The notes below the pieces were generated by a model that worked only from the letters and a program-made list of their open reading frames with translations, ran no database searches and was not told the origin of the DNA. Below are positions 10,103 through 20,792 of a stretch of DNA of 64,000 nucleotides, piece after piece. The stretch's first letter is position 1; the number at the start of each line of letters is the position of its first letter. Origin of the DNA: an uncultured Candidatus Saccharibacteria bacterium. Its GTDB lineage: Bacteria > Patescibacteriota > Minisyncoccia > Phycocordibacterales > UBA5272. The stretch spans positions 91,023-155,022 of the forward strand of contig CAZBGU010000001.1 of the NCBI GenBank assembly GCA_964491805.1, written 5' to 3'. The position numbers were made by a program, and so were the translations under genes.

Positions 10103-10873
10103 TTAGAAGTCTCTCTTTTTGAAAGTTATCTGAGTAATGATGAGCAGGAGTGATGCGTAAGCGATAGCATAGAGTGTTGCTATAAGTATCGCGGAGAATG
10201 ATGGTGTTGTTCCATAAACAATATCATTTCTAATATTGAATTTTTCAAGATTCGGAAAGACATAGTATACGAATTGCGTAAGGAGTTCAACAGTCGTTGA
10301 CTTTGTTGTCATGAAGATAAAACGGAATATCTCTCCTGCGTGGCCAACAAAATATATGGCAATAGTGAATACCGCCGCAAGAATAGGGGAGGTGATTCCT
10401 GAGAAAAGGATAGAAATAAGAATAAGGATAATAGCTTCAAGAGTACTAAGGAATACAGAGAGAAGAATTGGTTGGAAATAAAAGTGTCCACTTTGTATAT
10501 AGAGTACGCCGTAGAGTACCGCAGTTGAGAGTAGTGTTACAAGGATTGTTGTCGCCGTAAGTCCGAGACATTTACCAATGACGACTTCGGTGCGATTAAT
10601 TGGTTTTGGTAGCAGTAGAAAAAATGTTCGCCTCTCGATCTCTTTGTAGATAAGCATTGATCCTATAAATATAGCGACAAACATTTGAAGTGTGTAGATT
10701 GCAGTAATGCCAAAGTCTACGATCATGCGAGTGCTTTGATCAAGTGATATCGATGCAACAAAAAGGGAAAAGAGGATGATTGCAAGAATGACTATGAGAG
10801 CTGAGAGAAGTATTCTATCCCGAGCAGTTTCTCGTGCGGTATTTTTTGCAATTGTAAAAATAGTATTGTTCAT
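10103..10873 (-). CDS. ABC-2 family transporter permease
   Basis: 256 aa. Six predicted TM helices. Directly downstream of the ABC ATPase. Confidence 0.7.
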   Translation of the reverse strand: MNNTIFTIAKNTARETARDRILLSALIVILAIILFSLFVASISLDQSTRMIVDFGITAIYTLQMFVAIFIGSMLIYKEIERRTFFLLLPKPINRTEVVIGKCLGLTATTILVTLLSTAVLYGVLYIQSGHFYFQPILLSVFLSTLEAIILILISILFSGITSPILAAVFTIAIYFVGHAGEIFRFIFMTTKSTTVELLTQFVYYVFPNLEKFNIRNDIVYGTTPSFSAILIATLYAIAYASLLLIITQITFKKRDF

Positions 10874-10890
10874 GGAAGGTCTTGATAGGA

Positions 10891-11634
10891 TTAGTTTGTA
10901 GTCTTCGACTCTTGTCTTCGTTTTTCTATGATATGAACAAAGGCGTCTTCTAAATCACGGTACCCATTGCTGATACTTTTTGGTGTGTCGACACGTAAGA
11001 GCTCCCCGTTATCAATGATGCCCACGGTGTCGCAGATTTCTGCAACATCACCAAGAATGTGTGTATTGATAAAGATAGTCTTGCCTTCATTTTTGCGACC
11101 AAGAATAATCTTTTTAACCTCTGCTCGTCCAAGTGGATCAAGTCCATCGAGTGGTTCGTCGAGAAAAAGAATATCTGGATCATTGATTAGTGCTTGGGCG
11201 AGACCAAGTCGCTGGAGCATACCCTTCGAATACGTCCTTATGCGCTTGTGACGTGCATGCGTGAGATTAACTTCATGGAGCATTTTTGTGATTGCTTCAT
11301 GTTTGTTCTTAAGTTTGAATAGTGTCGCGACAAAATCGAGGAATTCTTCTCCTGTTAGATACTGATAAAAAAGAGGGGACTCAGGCATGAATCCAATTTT
11401 CTTATGTGTTGCTATATCAGAGGGAGAACCTCCTGATACTGTTATGGTTCCGTGTGTTGGCTGGGAAAGTCCAACAAGCATTTTGATTGTTGATGTTTTT
11501 CCTGCGCCGTTAGGTCCTATGAACCCAAATACAGTGCCTTTTGAAATTGTAAGGGAGAGGTCTTTGACTACGTGCACGAGTTTTTTGTCTTTCCCGTACG
11601 ACTTTGAAAGGTTGGAAATAATAATGTCATTCAT
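10891..11634 (-). CDS. ABC transporter ATP-binding protein
   Basis: Walker [10 protein letters not shown], signature YSKGMLQRL, Walker [13 protein letters not shown]. Start moved to the internal ATG (MNDIIISNL) at 11634. Confidence 0.85.
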   Translation of the reverse strand: MNDIIISNLSKSYGKDKKLVHVVKDLSLTISKGTVFGFIGPNGAGKTSTIKMLVGLSQPTHGTITVSGGSPSDIATHKKIGFMPESPLFYQYLTGEEFLDFVATLFKLKNKHEAITKMLHEVNLTHARHKRIRTYSKGMLQRLGLAQALINDPDILFLDEPLDGLDPLGRAEVKKIILGRKNEGKTIFINTHILGDVAEICDTVGIIDNGELLRVDTPKSISNGYRDLEDAFVHIIEKRRQESKTTN

Positions 11635-11839
11635 ATAGATAGTATAGTAGCAAATGTAAGGAGCTGGGCAACATTGACAAAAACTTGCAGATAACACTAC
11701 GTACATACCTTCATTTCTCTTAACAAGGTGTACAGAGTACCCGAGGTGTGGTTTTTGAATGTAGTTTGCCTGTTACACGTATTATGAAGATAAGTTATCA
11801 ACTAGTTTCTGACACATACTGCCTATATACTGTGTCTAT

Positions 11840-12907
11840 ATGGATAAAAAAATTCGCGTTGGTATTAATGGTTTTGGACGTATCGGGAGAGCTTTCTTCA
11901 AAGTTGCTTTTGAGCGTGATGATATGGAGGTGGTTGCTATTAATGATTTAGGTGATGTCCACAATCTTGCGTACTTGTTGCAGTATGACACTGTATATCG
12001 TGTGTCTCACTTTGATGTACATGCTGAGATACATGAGGATACAAAAGAACAGTATCTTGTGATTGAGAGTGATGACGGACGAGAAATGCGGGTGAAGGTT
12101 ATGCAGGAAAAAGATCCTGCACTTATTCCATGGGGAGCTAACTCTGTTGATATTGTGGTTGAGTCTACAGGACTCTTTGTTGCGTATGATAAAGCATCAG
12201 CTCACTTAAAGGGTGGAGCTAAGGCGGTTGTTATCTCAGCTCCAGCAAAGAAAGGAGAAGATGAGTCTGTGCACGGTGAGACAATTCTTCTTGGTGTTAA
12301 TGAAGAGAAGTTCGGTACATGTGCGGTGACTTCGAATGCTTCATGTACAACTAACGCATCATCTCCTGTTATTGCTATTCTTGACGCTGCTATTGGTATC
12401 GAGAAAGCTATTCTTAACACCGTGCACTCATACACTGCGTCACAAGGAATTGTCGACGGTCCTAACAAGAAGGACTTTCGTGAAGGTCGTGCTGCTGCGC
12501 AGAATATTGTGCCGTCATCTACTGGTGCTGCTATTGCGGTTACAAAAGCATTCCCTTCACTTGAAGGGTTGTTCGATGGTGTTTCTATTCGTGTACCAAC
12601 ACCTGCTGGATCGATTGCTGATATTACTTTTATTACAAAGAGACCAACCACAGTAGAAGAGGTTAATACAGCATTAAAGGATGCCTCGATGTCTGACCAC
12701 TGGGGGGACATTTTCCAAGCAACTGAGGAGCAGTTGGTCTCGAGCGATATCATTGGTTTGCCATACGCATCTATTGCTGATCTCTCAATGACTCGTGTTG
12801 TGGGAGGTAACTTAGTAAAAGTGCTTGCGTGGTATGATAACGAGATGGGGTATACACATACGCTTGTCGATCATGTGGCAAAGGCAGGAAGAGCTATTGT
12901 AAAGTAG
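11840..12907 (+). CDS. gap: glyceraldehyde-3-phosphate dehydrogenase
   Basis: 355 aa. NAD-binding INGFGRIGR; catalytic SNASCTTN. Confidence 0.9.
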   Translation: MDKKIRVGINGFGRIGRAFFKVAFERDDMEVVAINDLGDVHNLAYLLQYDTVYRVSHFDVHAEIHEDTKEQYLVIESDDGREMRVKVMQEKDPALIPWGANSVDIVVESTGLFVAYDKASAHLKGGAKAVVISAPAKKGEDESVHGETILLGVNEEKFGTCAVTSNASCTTNASSPVIAILDAAIGIEKAILNTVHSYTASQGIVDGPNKKDFREGRAAAQNIVPSSTGAAIAVTKAFPSLEGLFDGVSIRVPTPAGSIADITFITKRPTTVEEVNTALKDASMSDHWGDIFQATEEQLVSSDIIGLPYASIADLSMTRVVGGNLVKVLAWYDNEMGYTHTLVDHVAKAGRAIVK

Positions 12908-13017
12908 TTTTGTTCTCTGTCTGTATCACGTTCGATAGAAAAGAATACGCGTAGCAACCCAAGGTGTCACGTGTATTCTTTTCTAAAGACATAAAGAGGT
13001 TGTATACTATGTGATAT

Positions 13018-13476
13018 ATGAAAATTTATCTCGCAACAGATCACGCAGGTTTTCCATTAAAGGAAGAAATTAAGCAATATTTAGTAGAAAAAGGGGAAGA
13101 GGTTGTTGATCTTGGTGCACGTACTCTTGTAGAAGGTGATGACTATCCGTCATATATGGCTGACGCTGCGCGTCATGTACAGCAAGATACAATGCACGAA
13201 CCATCGATAGCGGTAATATTCGGCGGGTCAGGACAAGGTGAGGCAATAGTTGCCAATCGTTTCCGACATGTACGTGCAATCGTTTATGCTGGTGGTGACC
13301 TGGAGCTTGTTAAGCTTGGAAGGCTACATAATGACGCAAATGTGATTTCGTTTGGTGGACGTTTTGTTACGTTTGATAAAGCAAAGGAAGCACTTGATCT
13401 TTTTATGAGTACACCATTCTCACACGAAGAGCGACATGCAGATAGAATTATTCAGATCGAAGAGACAGTGAAGTAG
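13018..13476 (+). CDS. rpiB: ribose-5-phosphate isomerase B
   Basis: 152 aa. MKIYLATDHAGFPLKEEI start typical of RpiB/LacAB. Confidence 0.85.
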   Translation: MKIYLATDHAGFPLKEEIKQYLVEKGEEVVDLGARTLVEGDDYPSYMADAARHVQQDTMHEPSIAVIFGGSGQGEAIVANRFRHVRAIVYAGGDLELVKLGRLHNDANVISFGGRFVTFDKAKEALDLFMSTPFSHEERHADRIIQIEETVK

Positions 13477-13483
13477 GTCAGGT

Positions 13484-14485
13484 ATGGAACACTCTCCTTT
13501 TTCAGACGCCGGACTTCATCCTGATCAGTTGGAAAAAGAGCAAGCTCTTGTCGAACCATCAATAAGGTCGGTACAAGAGACTATACAAAAAATAGACATA
13601 AACACAATTATTGATATTCTCTTTGGGTTATATTCACGAACTCGTGGCATTGCCAAAGCAGAAGAAACGAAAGAACAGTTTAGGCATCGTGTATATCCGC
13701 ATATCATTGTAAAATACTCTGACGACATAAACCTCAAACATTATGGGGAGCGCTTTGTTTCGCAAAATGAGCCACCACAGGCGTATTCTCTCCATGGTAG
13801 TATTGTTTTTTTGGCAAGAGAAATAGTTAACAATGATGGCACGTTAGGTAGTCTTGGCGATTTTTTTATTATAAAACTACTGATTCACGAAATGCTTCAC
13901 TCAATTTCGACGGTACAGACTATCGACACAACCACAGGAGCAGCGGTAGAACTTTCAGGTGTTTCGAAAAATGTTGGACAAAGGGAGGGAGGTGAGTTCC
14001 GTGTTATCAATGAGGGACTAACTGAAGTTATCGCTGATGCTGTTTTTTCAGAGTACTTAGCAAGGACAGGAGAGTTGTCTCGTTATCATGAAAACGAAGG
14101 TTACAGCGATAGACAAAAGCTGGTAAGCCGCTTTGCTGGTTACTTACGAGAAAGATATGCACTCATGCTATTTGTGCACGAGCTTTCTAACGAGACGAAA
14201 GTTTCTGAAGGGGAGGTGTATCAAGCTCTCCTTACTGAGTATCTGGCTACTGGAGATATCTCAAGGAGTGAAATTATTGATGAATGTAAAAGTAATGAAG
14301 TGGTACAAAAGATGCTTCGACAATTTAGAGATAACATTATCGATGAACAGGATTTACCGGGTATTGACGATTTAGAAAAGATTATATCTAGCTTTACTAT
14401 AAAAGAGCTTGCTCATGTACATAAACTAGTCGGTCGAGATTATATTGGCGAGACAAACAAAAGGAAAGTTTTGAGAGGAAAGTGA
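13484..14485 (+). CDS. hypothetical protein with HExxH zinc-metallopeptidase-like motif
   Basis: 333 aa. LIHEMLHS (HExxH) motif. No other recognisable family. Confidence 0.45.
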   Translation: MEHSPFSDAGLHPDQLEKEQALVEPSIRSVQETIQKIDINTIIDILFGLYSRTRGIAKAEETKEQFRHRVYPHIIVKYSDDINLKHYGERFVSQNEPPQAYSLHGSIVFLAREIVNNDGTLGSLGDFFIIKLLIHEMLHSISTVQTIDTTTGAAVELSGVSKNVGQREGGEFRVINEGLTEVIADAVFSEYLARTGELSRYHENEGYSDRQKLVSRFAGYLRERYALMLFVHELSNETKVSEGEVYQALLTEYLATGDISRSEIIDECKSNEVVQKMLRQFRDNIIDEQDLPGIDDLEKIISSFTIKELAHVHKLVGRDYIGETNKRKVLRGK

Positions 14486-14543
14486 TATACTAAATTATAT
14501 TATTAGATTACAGTGAGGTAGCTAACATAGTATCAAATTTGAT

Positions 14544-14729
14544 ATGACACCCGGAGAAAAAATTTTTTGGAGCGCACTTGCAATCATTGCCTTTTCGTTT
14601 ATCTTTGTTCCTATTGTGCCAAAACCAAACCCATCTGATTGTAATAATTATCCTGATGGCACGGGTGGATATTACATGAAGTGTAACGATAACTACATAA
14701 ATCTATATACAAAGTGGACAAAGTACTAG
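14544..14729 (+). CDS. small membrane-anchored peptide (61 aa)
   Basis: TM helix then FIFVPIVPKPNPSDC. Paralogous to the next small ORF. Confidence 0.4.
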   Translation: MTPGEKIFWSALAIIAFSFIFVPIVPKPNPSDCNNYPDGTGGYYMKCNDNYINLYTKWTKY

Positions 14730-14763
14730 CCGTTACCATAGGATTCTTTATACTTGGAGGTAT

Positions 14764-14925
14764 ATGAATACAAAATCTTCATGGGTTATACTTGCGCTTG
14801 TACTTTTAGCAGTTATTTTTGTGCCATTAATACCTGGATCATCAATCGAATGCGTTGGTGATGTAAGTGAAAACTGTGATGATAGCGTGGCATATGTTTC
14901 TATATATCAGAAGTATTTAAAATAA
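14764..14925 (+). CDS. small membrane-anchored peptide (53 aa), paralogue of the previous
   Basis: MNTKSSWVILALVLLAVIFVPLIPGSSIECVGDVSENCDD. GGAGG RBS 8 nt upstream. Shares the IFVP(L/I)(I/V)P...C motif. Not in the ORF track because it is under 60 aa. Confidence 0.35.
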   Translation: MNTKSSWVILALVLLAVIFVPLIPGSSIECVGDVSENCDDSVAYVSIYQKYLK

Positions 14926-14934
14926 ACAGACGTT

Positions 14935-15603
14935 ATGATTATTACGCCTGCAATCTTTCCTGAGAGTTTTGAACAACTCATTCATAAGCTGTTTTTACTT
15001 GAGGGGTTGTGTGAGCGTGTGCAGATAGATATCTGTGACGGGGTGTTTGGTCTAGAAAAAACGTGGATGCCATACAGAGAGAAAGAACTTACACACGGTT
15101 TCTCGTATGAGTTTGACCTCATGGTGCATGATTGGCGTAAGTATTTTTCACGTGTGCTGTTGCTTAATGCGGAGAGAGTTATACTTCATATTGATTATTT
15201 CACAGTTCAGGATCTGGATGAAGCGATCTCAATAGCAAAAGAGCATAATGTATTTCTTGGACTGTCAGTCTCTAATGATTATGATATTCATGATTTTGTG
15301 CAACGTGTGAGATTTGTCGAGTCAAAGTACTCTAAGATCTTTATCCAAATGATGGGTATTCGAAAGATTGGTGCACAAGGACAGCCCTTTGATGACGAAG
15401 TTCTTTCTCGGGTGCAGTACCTTCATGACACATTCAGACGGTGTGAGATTCAGGTTGACGGAAGTATGAATAATGAAACTATCTTGAAAGTTTATAACAG
15501 AGGAGCATCTTGTGCTGTCGTTGGTTCATATCTTATGAAGCGAGACTCGACCGCAAAAGATGTAAGAAAAATATTTGAGAAGCTAGAACATAATTTTGGG
15601 TAA
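14935..15603 (+). CDS. ribulose-phosphate 3-epimerase-like TIM-barrel protein (divergent)
   Basis: 222 aa. IITPAIF start and QIDICDGVF resemble Rpe IAPSIL / HVDVMDGHF motifs. Sits in the pentose-phosphate gene cluster. Confidence 0.5.
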   Translation: MIITPAIFPESFEQLIHKLFLLEGLCERVQIDICDGVFGLEKTWMPYREKELTHGFSYEFDLMVHDWRKYFSRVLLLNAERVILHIDYFTVQDLDEAISIAKEHNVFLGLSVSNDYDIHDFVQRVRFVESKYSKIFIQMMGIRKIGAQGQPFDDEVLSRVQYLHDTFRRCEIQVDGSMNNETILKVYNRGASCAVVGSYLMKRDSTAKDVRKIFEKLEHNFG

Positions 15604-15681
15604 ATAGAATCTGTGACGCCCATTCTTTTCATCTTCATCTGTCCACTAGGTGTCAGATGTTAAACCTTATATACTATCTAT

Positions 15682-16548
15682 ATGCACTCACTAACAGATG
15701 TAGAGGTACAAGCACTAACACTTCGTGCCGAGGATATTAGAGAAAGTATTATTAAAATGTTGACAGAGGCGGGCAGTGGCCATACCGCAGGATCTCTCGG
15801 AATGGCAGATATTTTTACAGCGCTTTATTTTAGGATTATGAAGCATAATCCACGTCATCCGGAGTGGATTGAACGGGACAGACTTATTCTTTCTAATGGA
15901 CATATCGCACCTGTCTTGTATGCATCGATGGCGCATGCGGGGTATTTTTCTGTATCAGAGCTTAAGACTCTTAGACGTTTTGGTTCACGGCTCCAGGGTC
16001 ATCCACATCGGTCTTCTCTTCCTGGTATTGAGACATCTTCTGGTCCGCTTGGGTCAGGTCTTTCACAGGCTATAGGCATGGCACTTATGGATAGACTCGA
16101 AGAGCACAAACCTGATCGTTATTTTTATTGTTGTATGGGGGATGGTGAGATCAACGAGGGTCAAGTATGGGAGTCTCTTCTTCTTCTGAATAAATATAAG
16201 TTAACCAAGGTGATTCCTATTATTGATCGTAATACTATTCAGATCGATGGGTACACAGAAGATGTCCTTCCACTTGAGTCATTGCGAGCAAAGATGGAGG
16301 CATTTAACTTTCATGTTATTGATGTTGATGGTCACGATTTTAGGGACATTGTACATGCAGTTGGTTCGGCTAAGAGTAGCCTTGATAGGCCAACGGTGCT
16401 CATTGCTCATACTATTCCTGGGAAAGGAGTGACAGCATTTGAGGGTGATTATAGATGGCACGGAAAGGCTCCAAATATTGAGGAAGGTAGGGCAGCACTC
16501 AAGGAACTCAGAAGCCTACGTGGGAAGATTAAGTATGGAGAATTATAA
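15682..16548 (+). CDS. transketolase, N-terminal (thiamine-diphosphate-binding) subunit
   Basis: 288 aa. GSGHTAGSLGMADI and GDGEINEG motifs. Confidence 0.9.
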   Translation: MHSLTDVEVQALTLRAEDIRESIIKMLTEAGSGHTAGSLGMADIFTALYFRIMKHNPRHPEWIERDRLILSNGHIAPVLYASMAHAGYFSVSELKTLRRFGSRLQGHPHRSSLPGIETSSGPLGSGLSQAIGMALMDRLEEHKPDRYFYCCMGDGEINEGQVWESLLLLNKYKLTKVIPIIDRNTIQIDGYTEDVLPLESLRAKMEAFNFHVIDVDGHDFRDIVHAVGSAKSSLDRPTVLIAHTIPGKGVTAFEGDYRWHGKAPNIEEGRAALKELRSLRGKIKYGEL

Positions 16549-16592
16549 AAAGAATTTAGAGATCAGATTTCAAAATATAACGATACCATAAT

Positions 16593-17579
16593 ATGTTACG
16601 AAAAACATTATTTACAATACAAGAAGAAGAAAAAGCAACACGAGAGGGCTTCGGAGAAGGCCTCATTGCTGCAGGGGAAAAGAATGATAAGATTGTCGCT
16701 CTTTGTGCTGATCTTACAGAGAGTGTGAAGATGGATGGATTTAGAGCTAAATTCCCTAAGCGGTTCTTCGAAGTCGGTATCACTGAACAAGCACTTTCTG
16801 GACTAGCATCAGGAATGGCAGCTATGGGGTACACAGCGTTCATGTCGAGTTATGCTGCTTTTTCTCCTGGAAGAAACTGGGAGCAAATCAGAACGACGAT
16901 TGCGTATAATGATGTTCCGGTTAAAGTAATTGGTGCTCATACTGGACTCTCTGTCGGACCTGATGGTGCAACACATCAAGCAATAGAAGATATTGCTCTT
17001 ATGCGTATGATTCCTAATATGCAGGTGTTTGTTCCGTGCGATGCAACTGAAGCGAGAGCGATTACAGAGCATATTGCAGAAACAAAAGAGCCTGCTTACC
17101 TACGGCTTACGCGTGAAAAGACACCACTTATTGTTCCAGAGAATTATACGTGGAATCATGGCAAAGGATATGTGCTCTATATGCCACAACATAAGTACGG
17201 AGGCACATTCACACATATGGTTGGGATTATTGGCTGTGGTCCTATTATATATGAGGCACTCAAGGCTGCTATTGAGCTTGAAAAAGAGGGGATAGGTGTA
17301 GTTGTTGCAAATATGCCACAAGTGAAGCCACTGGATGTCGGTTTTCTTCTTAGATTCGTGAAAGATGTGCGGTCGATTGTAACAGTTGAGGAACATCAGG
17401 TTGCTGGTGGATTAGGTAGTGCTGTTGCAGAATATCTTGCCGAGCATCACCCAATTCGTATCGGAAGAATTGGTGTACAGGATCGATTTGGTCAAAGTGG
17501 AAAAGTTGGTGAACTTTACGACGAATATGGTGTTTCTTCAAAACATATTGCCGCTAAGGTGAGGGAGATATTACATTAA
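16593..17579 (+). CDS. transketolase, C-terminal (pyrimidine-binding) subunit
   Basis: 328 aa. FEVGITEQALSGLASGMA motif. Follows the N-terminal subunit gene. Confidence 0.9.
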   Translation: MLRKTLFTIQEEEKATREGFGEGLIAAGEKNDKIVALCADLTESVKMDGFRAKFPKRFFEVGITEQALSGLASGMAAMGYTAFMSSYAAFSPGRNWEQIRTTIAYNDVPVKVIGAHTGLSVGPDGATHQAIEDIALMRMIPNMQVFVPCDATEARAITEHIAETKEPAYLRLTREKTPLIVPENYTWNHGKGYVLYMPQHKYGGTFTHMVGIIGCGPIIYEALKAAIELEKEGIGVVVANMPQVKPLDVGFLLRFVKDVRSIVTVEEHQVAGGLGSAVAEYLAEHHPIRIGRIGVQDRFGQSGKVGELYDEYGVSSKHIAAKVREILH

Positions 17580-17769
17580 AAAGCAATACGTAAAAAATAA
17601 ATTGCAAATAAAGGATAAGGGTAGCGTCGGTAGTCGATCGTATCAGTAGAAAGAAGATACAGGTATACATACAGGACGGCAGAAACTTTATTCATGACGA
17701 CAAAAAATCGCACATGCTTTACAGCACTTGCGATTCTTTGTAGTTTCCGCCTTATCTACACTTTATACT

Positions 17770-18762
17770 CTATTCCATTATCGTTAATTCATATTCTTTT
17801 GGTGCTTGCTTCAACAACGCTTCAAGCTTGTCCTCAGCAAGAAGTCCCTCTTGTGCTCCAACATGTTGCACGACATTCATGCTGTTGATTGGTGCACGCT
17901 TCATTGCGTATGCCGCATCATACCCCTTGGCCATGTACGCTACGAATGTTGAAAAGAATGCATCTCCTGCCCCTGTGCGTTCAAGCGGAGGCGCAATGTC
18001 TGGGTAAAGAGGCATACTAAAGTATGTATTTTCGAACTTCATATATGCACCGTGCGGCCCGTCTGTTACGATTACTACTTTTGGTCCAAGGTTATTGAGT
18101 CCATTGAGAAGATCTTTTATTTCCGCATTTTCCAGAGAAAGAAGCCCTTCAGCTTCTTCTTTGTTCATACAAACAACTTCGGTATTTTTGTAAAGCTCAA
18201 GAATCTCTTTACCAAAACCAAGTTGAAAAGTGCCGGGCTGGAACGCGAGTTTTACTTCTGGGTGTTTTTTAACATACTCAGTTAGTTCGTGGTGAAATGG
18301 AAGGGTGTGTCCACCAAGAGAAGAAAGGTAAAGCCATTTTGGGCTACCTATGTCTGGGATCACAGGGGTGAACTGTTCGTGTTTGATAAGAATAGTCCTA
18401 TCGTCTCCTTGCCATAGTACGTAGTGGTAATTTGTTTTTTTACCTTCTTCTTGTCTAATAAAATCTGTTGCAACATTTTCTTTGGCAAGATGTGCAAGAC
18501 ACTCATCACCGTAAGTGTCCTTTCCTAGAGATGTGATAAGACCTGATTTAAGGCCAAGACGTGATGCAGAAACAGACGCATTTGCGCTGTTGCCAACAGC
18601 AGGCAGAATATAAACCTCATCAAACGGAACTTTCATTCCATACGGAATGCAAAGTTCGCGACCATGTGCTGTCTCTTGAATATGTCCAGCAGAAAGTCTT
18701 ATAAATGCATCAATAACAGTATCTCCAATAGCAATAAAGTCAAATTGTGGTTTATGTTCCAT
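17770..18762 (-). CDS. PfkB-family carbohydrate/nucleoside kinase
   Basis: 330 aa. C-terminal GAGDAF anion-hole motif. Ribokinase-like fold. Confidence 0.8.
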   Translation of the reverse strand: MEHKPQFDFIAIGDTVIDAFIRLSAGHIQETAHGRELCIPYGMKVPFDEVYILPAVGNSANASVSASRLGLKSGLITSLGKDTYGDECLAHLAKENVATDFIRQEEGKKTNYHYVLWQGDDRTILIKHEQFTPVIPDIGSPKWLYLSSLGGHTLPFHHELTEYVKKHPEVKLAFQPGTFQLGFGKEILELYKNTEVVCMNKEEAEGLLSLENAEIKDLLNGLNNLGPKVVIVTDGPHGAYMKFENTYFSMPLYPDIAPPLERTGAGDAFFSTFVAYMAKGYDAAYAMKRAPINSMNVVQHVGAQEGLLAEDKLEALLKQAPKEYELTIME

Positions 18763-18805
18763 ATGCCTTTTAGTATATCAGGGGGTTGCGGTATACTGTG
18801 TTGAT

Positions 18806-19696
18806 ATGAAGACATTAACACCACAAAGTGAACGGTATCTGGAAATTATTAGCGAGTATAAAAAAGCTGGAAAAGCAATTGCTCACTTTAATATTTCTAA
18901 TCTCGATCAAGCACGTGCAATTGTTGAAGTTGCAGCTGAACTTAAGCAGCCGGTTATTATTGGTGCAAGTGAAGGTGAGCGAGAATATATGGGGGTCGAT
19001 ATGGTCCGTACCATTGTAAATGAGTTTAATCAAGAGTACGATATTCCAATTTTCCTTAACGCCGATCATACATATTCACTTGAGAAAGTGGAAGAGGTCG
19101 TAGAAGCTGGTTACGACAGCGTGATCGTTGACGGTGCTAAACTTCCGTATGAAGAGAACGTGGCACTTGTTAAGTCATGTGTTGACTTTGTTCGTAACTA
19201 TGAAGAAAAGACGGGTAAGCGTGTGCTTGTAGAAGCTGAACTTGGCTACATAGGACAATCATCATCACTTAATGCGGCTCTTCCGGAAGGGGTAACTGAA
19301 GCTAACCTTACAACACCTGATCAGGCGAAGGATTTCGTACTTCGAACAGGTATCGATATGTTTGCTCCCGCTATTGGCAATGTACACGGCATGCTTATCG
19401 ACGCAACAGAACCCGCGCTTCATATAGATCGTCTCAAAGAAATCACTGCTGCAGTTGATGTGCCGCTCGTGCTTCATGGTGCAAGTGGTAACACAGATGA
19501 GGATCTTAAGAGTTCAATAGATAACGGTGTTGCGATTATTCATATCAATACCGAAATCCGCAAAGCATTCCGCGATGGAGAAAAAGATTATATGGATGAA
19601 CATCCACATGAAGTTGCTCCATATAAGTTCGGACGTGAAGGTCAGGAAGAAATGAAGAAAGTTGTGAGAGCGAAGATGGAGCTTTATATGAAGTAG
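18806..19696 (+). CDS. fba: class II fructose-bisphosphate aldolase
   Basis: 296 aa. KAIAHFNISNLDQARAIVEVAAELKQPVIIG and HGASG motifs. Confidence 0.85.
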   Translation: MKTLTPQSERYLEIISEYKKAGKAIAHFNISNLDQARAIVEVAAELKQPVIIGASEGEREYMGVDMVRTIVNEFNQEYDIPIFLNADHTYSLEKVEEVVEAGYDSVIVDGAKLPYEENVALVKSCVDFVRNYEEKTGKRVLVEAELGYIGQSSSLNAALPEGVTEANLTTPDQAKDFVLRTGIDMFAPAIGNVHGMLIDATEPALHIDRLKEITAAVDVPLVLHGASGNTDEDLKSSIDNGVAIIHINTEIRKAFRDGEKDYMDEHPHEVAPYKFGREGQEEMKKVVRAKMELYMK

Positions 19697-19855
19697 TACC
19701 TAGTCAGAAATTGATGACTCGGTTTGTTAATTTTTTAAAAGTATTTTTAACGGAGAATTACTATGTCTCCCAACTTTTAAGAATCAATTGCCTGTCTCGC
19801 TCAGTCTTTGCTCCGTCTAACGTTACATGCAAAAAATACATTAAAAGGTTACAGT

Positions 19856-20545
19856 ATGGATCAAAAATATATTTACACAATATTAGCTATTTTATTTTTA
19901 TCGGTGTGGCTTGTGTTGTTCTTTGCAAGAAAGAATGTAAGAAGGGAAATGTTGTTGATTTCACTACCGGGGTCCTTCTTTGGTCCGCTCACTGATTTTT
20001 TCTATTTCAAGGACTGGTGGCATCCGTTTACTTTTAGTGGTAGTTTCCTTAGTGTTGAAGCTCTGGTCACTGGTTTTGGCATAGGAGGAGTGGCGGCTGT
20101 TGTTTATGAAGTGGTATTTCGAGAAAAAATAAATCAAAGGAATGTAACTATCACTATTCCTCATTTATTAAAAGTTGTAAAAGTTTTTATAGTATTATTT
20201 TTTGTATTTGCTTTGAGTTTCTATGTTGTTGGTAACAGTTTTTATGCAACAGATGTGACATTTCTTGTTTTGATTATTTTTGAATTATATCGAAGGCCTG
20301 ATTTAATTAAAGATTCTTTGTATTCCGGTTTTTTACTGGTTGCTGTCGCGGTAGGTGTTTACGCTACCCTTAACCTAATTATTCCGGGGTGGGTTGATAG
20401 TATTTGGGTATTTAAAAATACACCAAAAGTATATTTTCTCAGTTTGCCAATAGATGACCTAGTTTGGTATTTTTTAGCAGGAGCAGGAGTTGGTCCGCTT
20501 GTTGAATTTATTTTTAGATCGAAACTACAAAAATACCCACTGTAA
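19856..20545 (+). CDS. hypothetical polytopic membrane protein
   Basis: About six TM segments. Start taken at MDQKYIYT inside the longer ORF. Confidence 0.45.
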   Translation: MDQKYIYTILAILFLSVWLVLFFARKNVRREMLLISLPGSFFGPLTDFFYFKDWWHPFTFSGSFLSVEALVTGFGIGGVAAVVYEVVFREKINQRNVTITIPHLLKVVKVFIVLFFVFALSFYVVGNSFYATDVTFLVLIIFELYRRPDLIKDSLYSGFLLVAVAVGVYATLNLIIPGWVDSIWVFKNTPKVYFLSLPIDDLVWYFLAGAGVGPLVEFIFRSKLQKYPL

Positions 20546-20792
20546 ATGTTAACTATCTGGGGTCTTTGTAAGATTGTGGTTCTGTCCTCTTGGAGAATAT
20601 TTGATAGAACCATGAACAAAAATAGATTTCAAGGAATACTTTTTATTCACACGTTTCATATACCTGTGTGACTACCGGCAAATGATATTTTACTTTGTGT
20701 GAAAATAAAAAGATGTGTTAGCTCTCAGGTAAAGTAAGTGCACAGATATGTTGTATACTTACAAACGTGTATTACAATATAATAACTTAATC

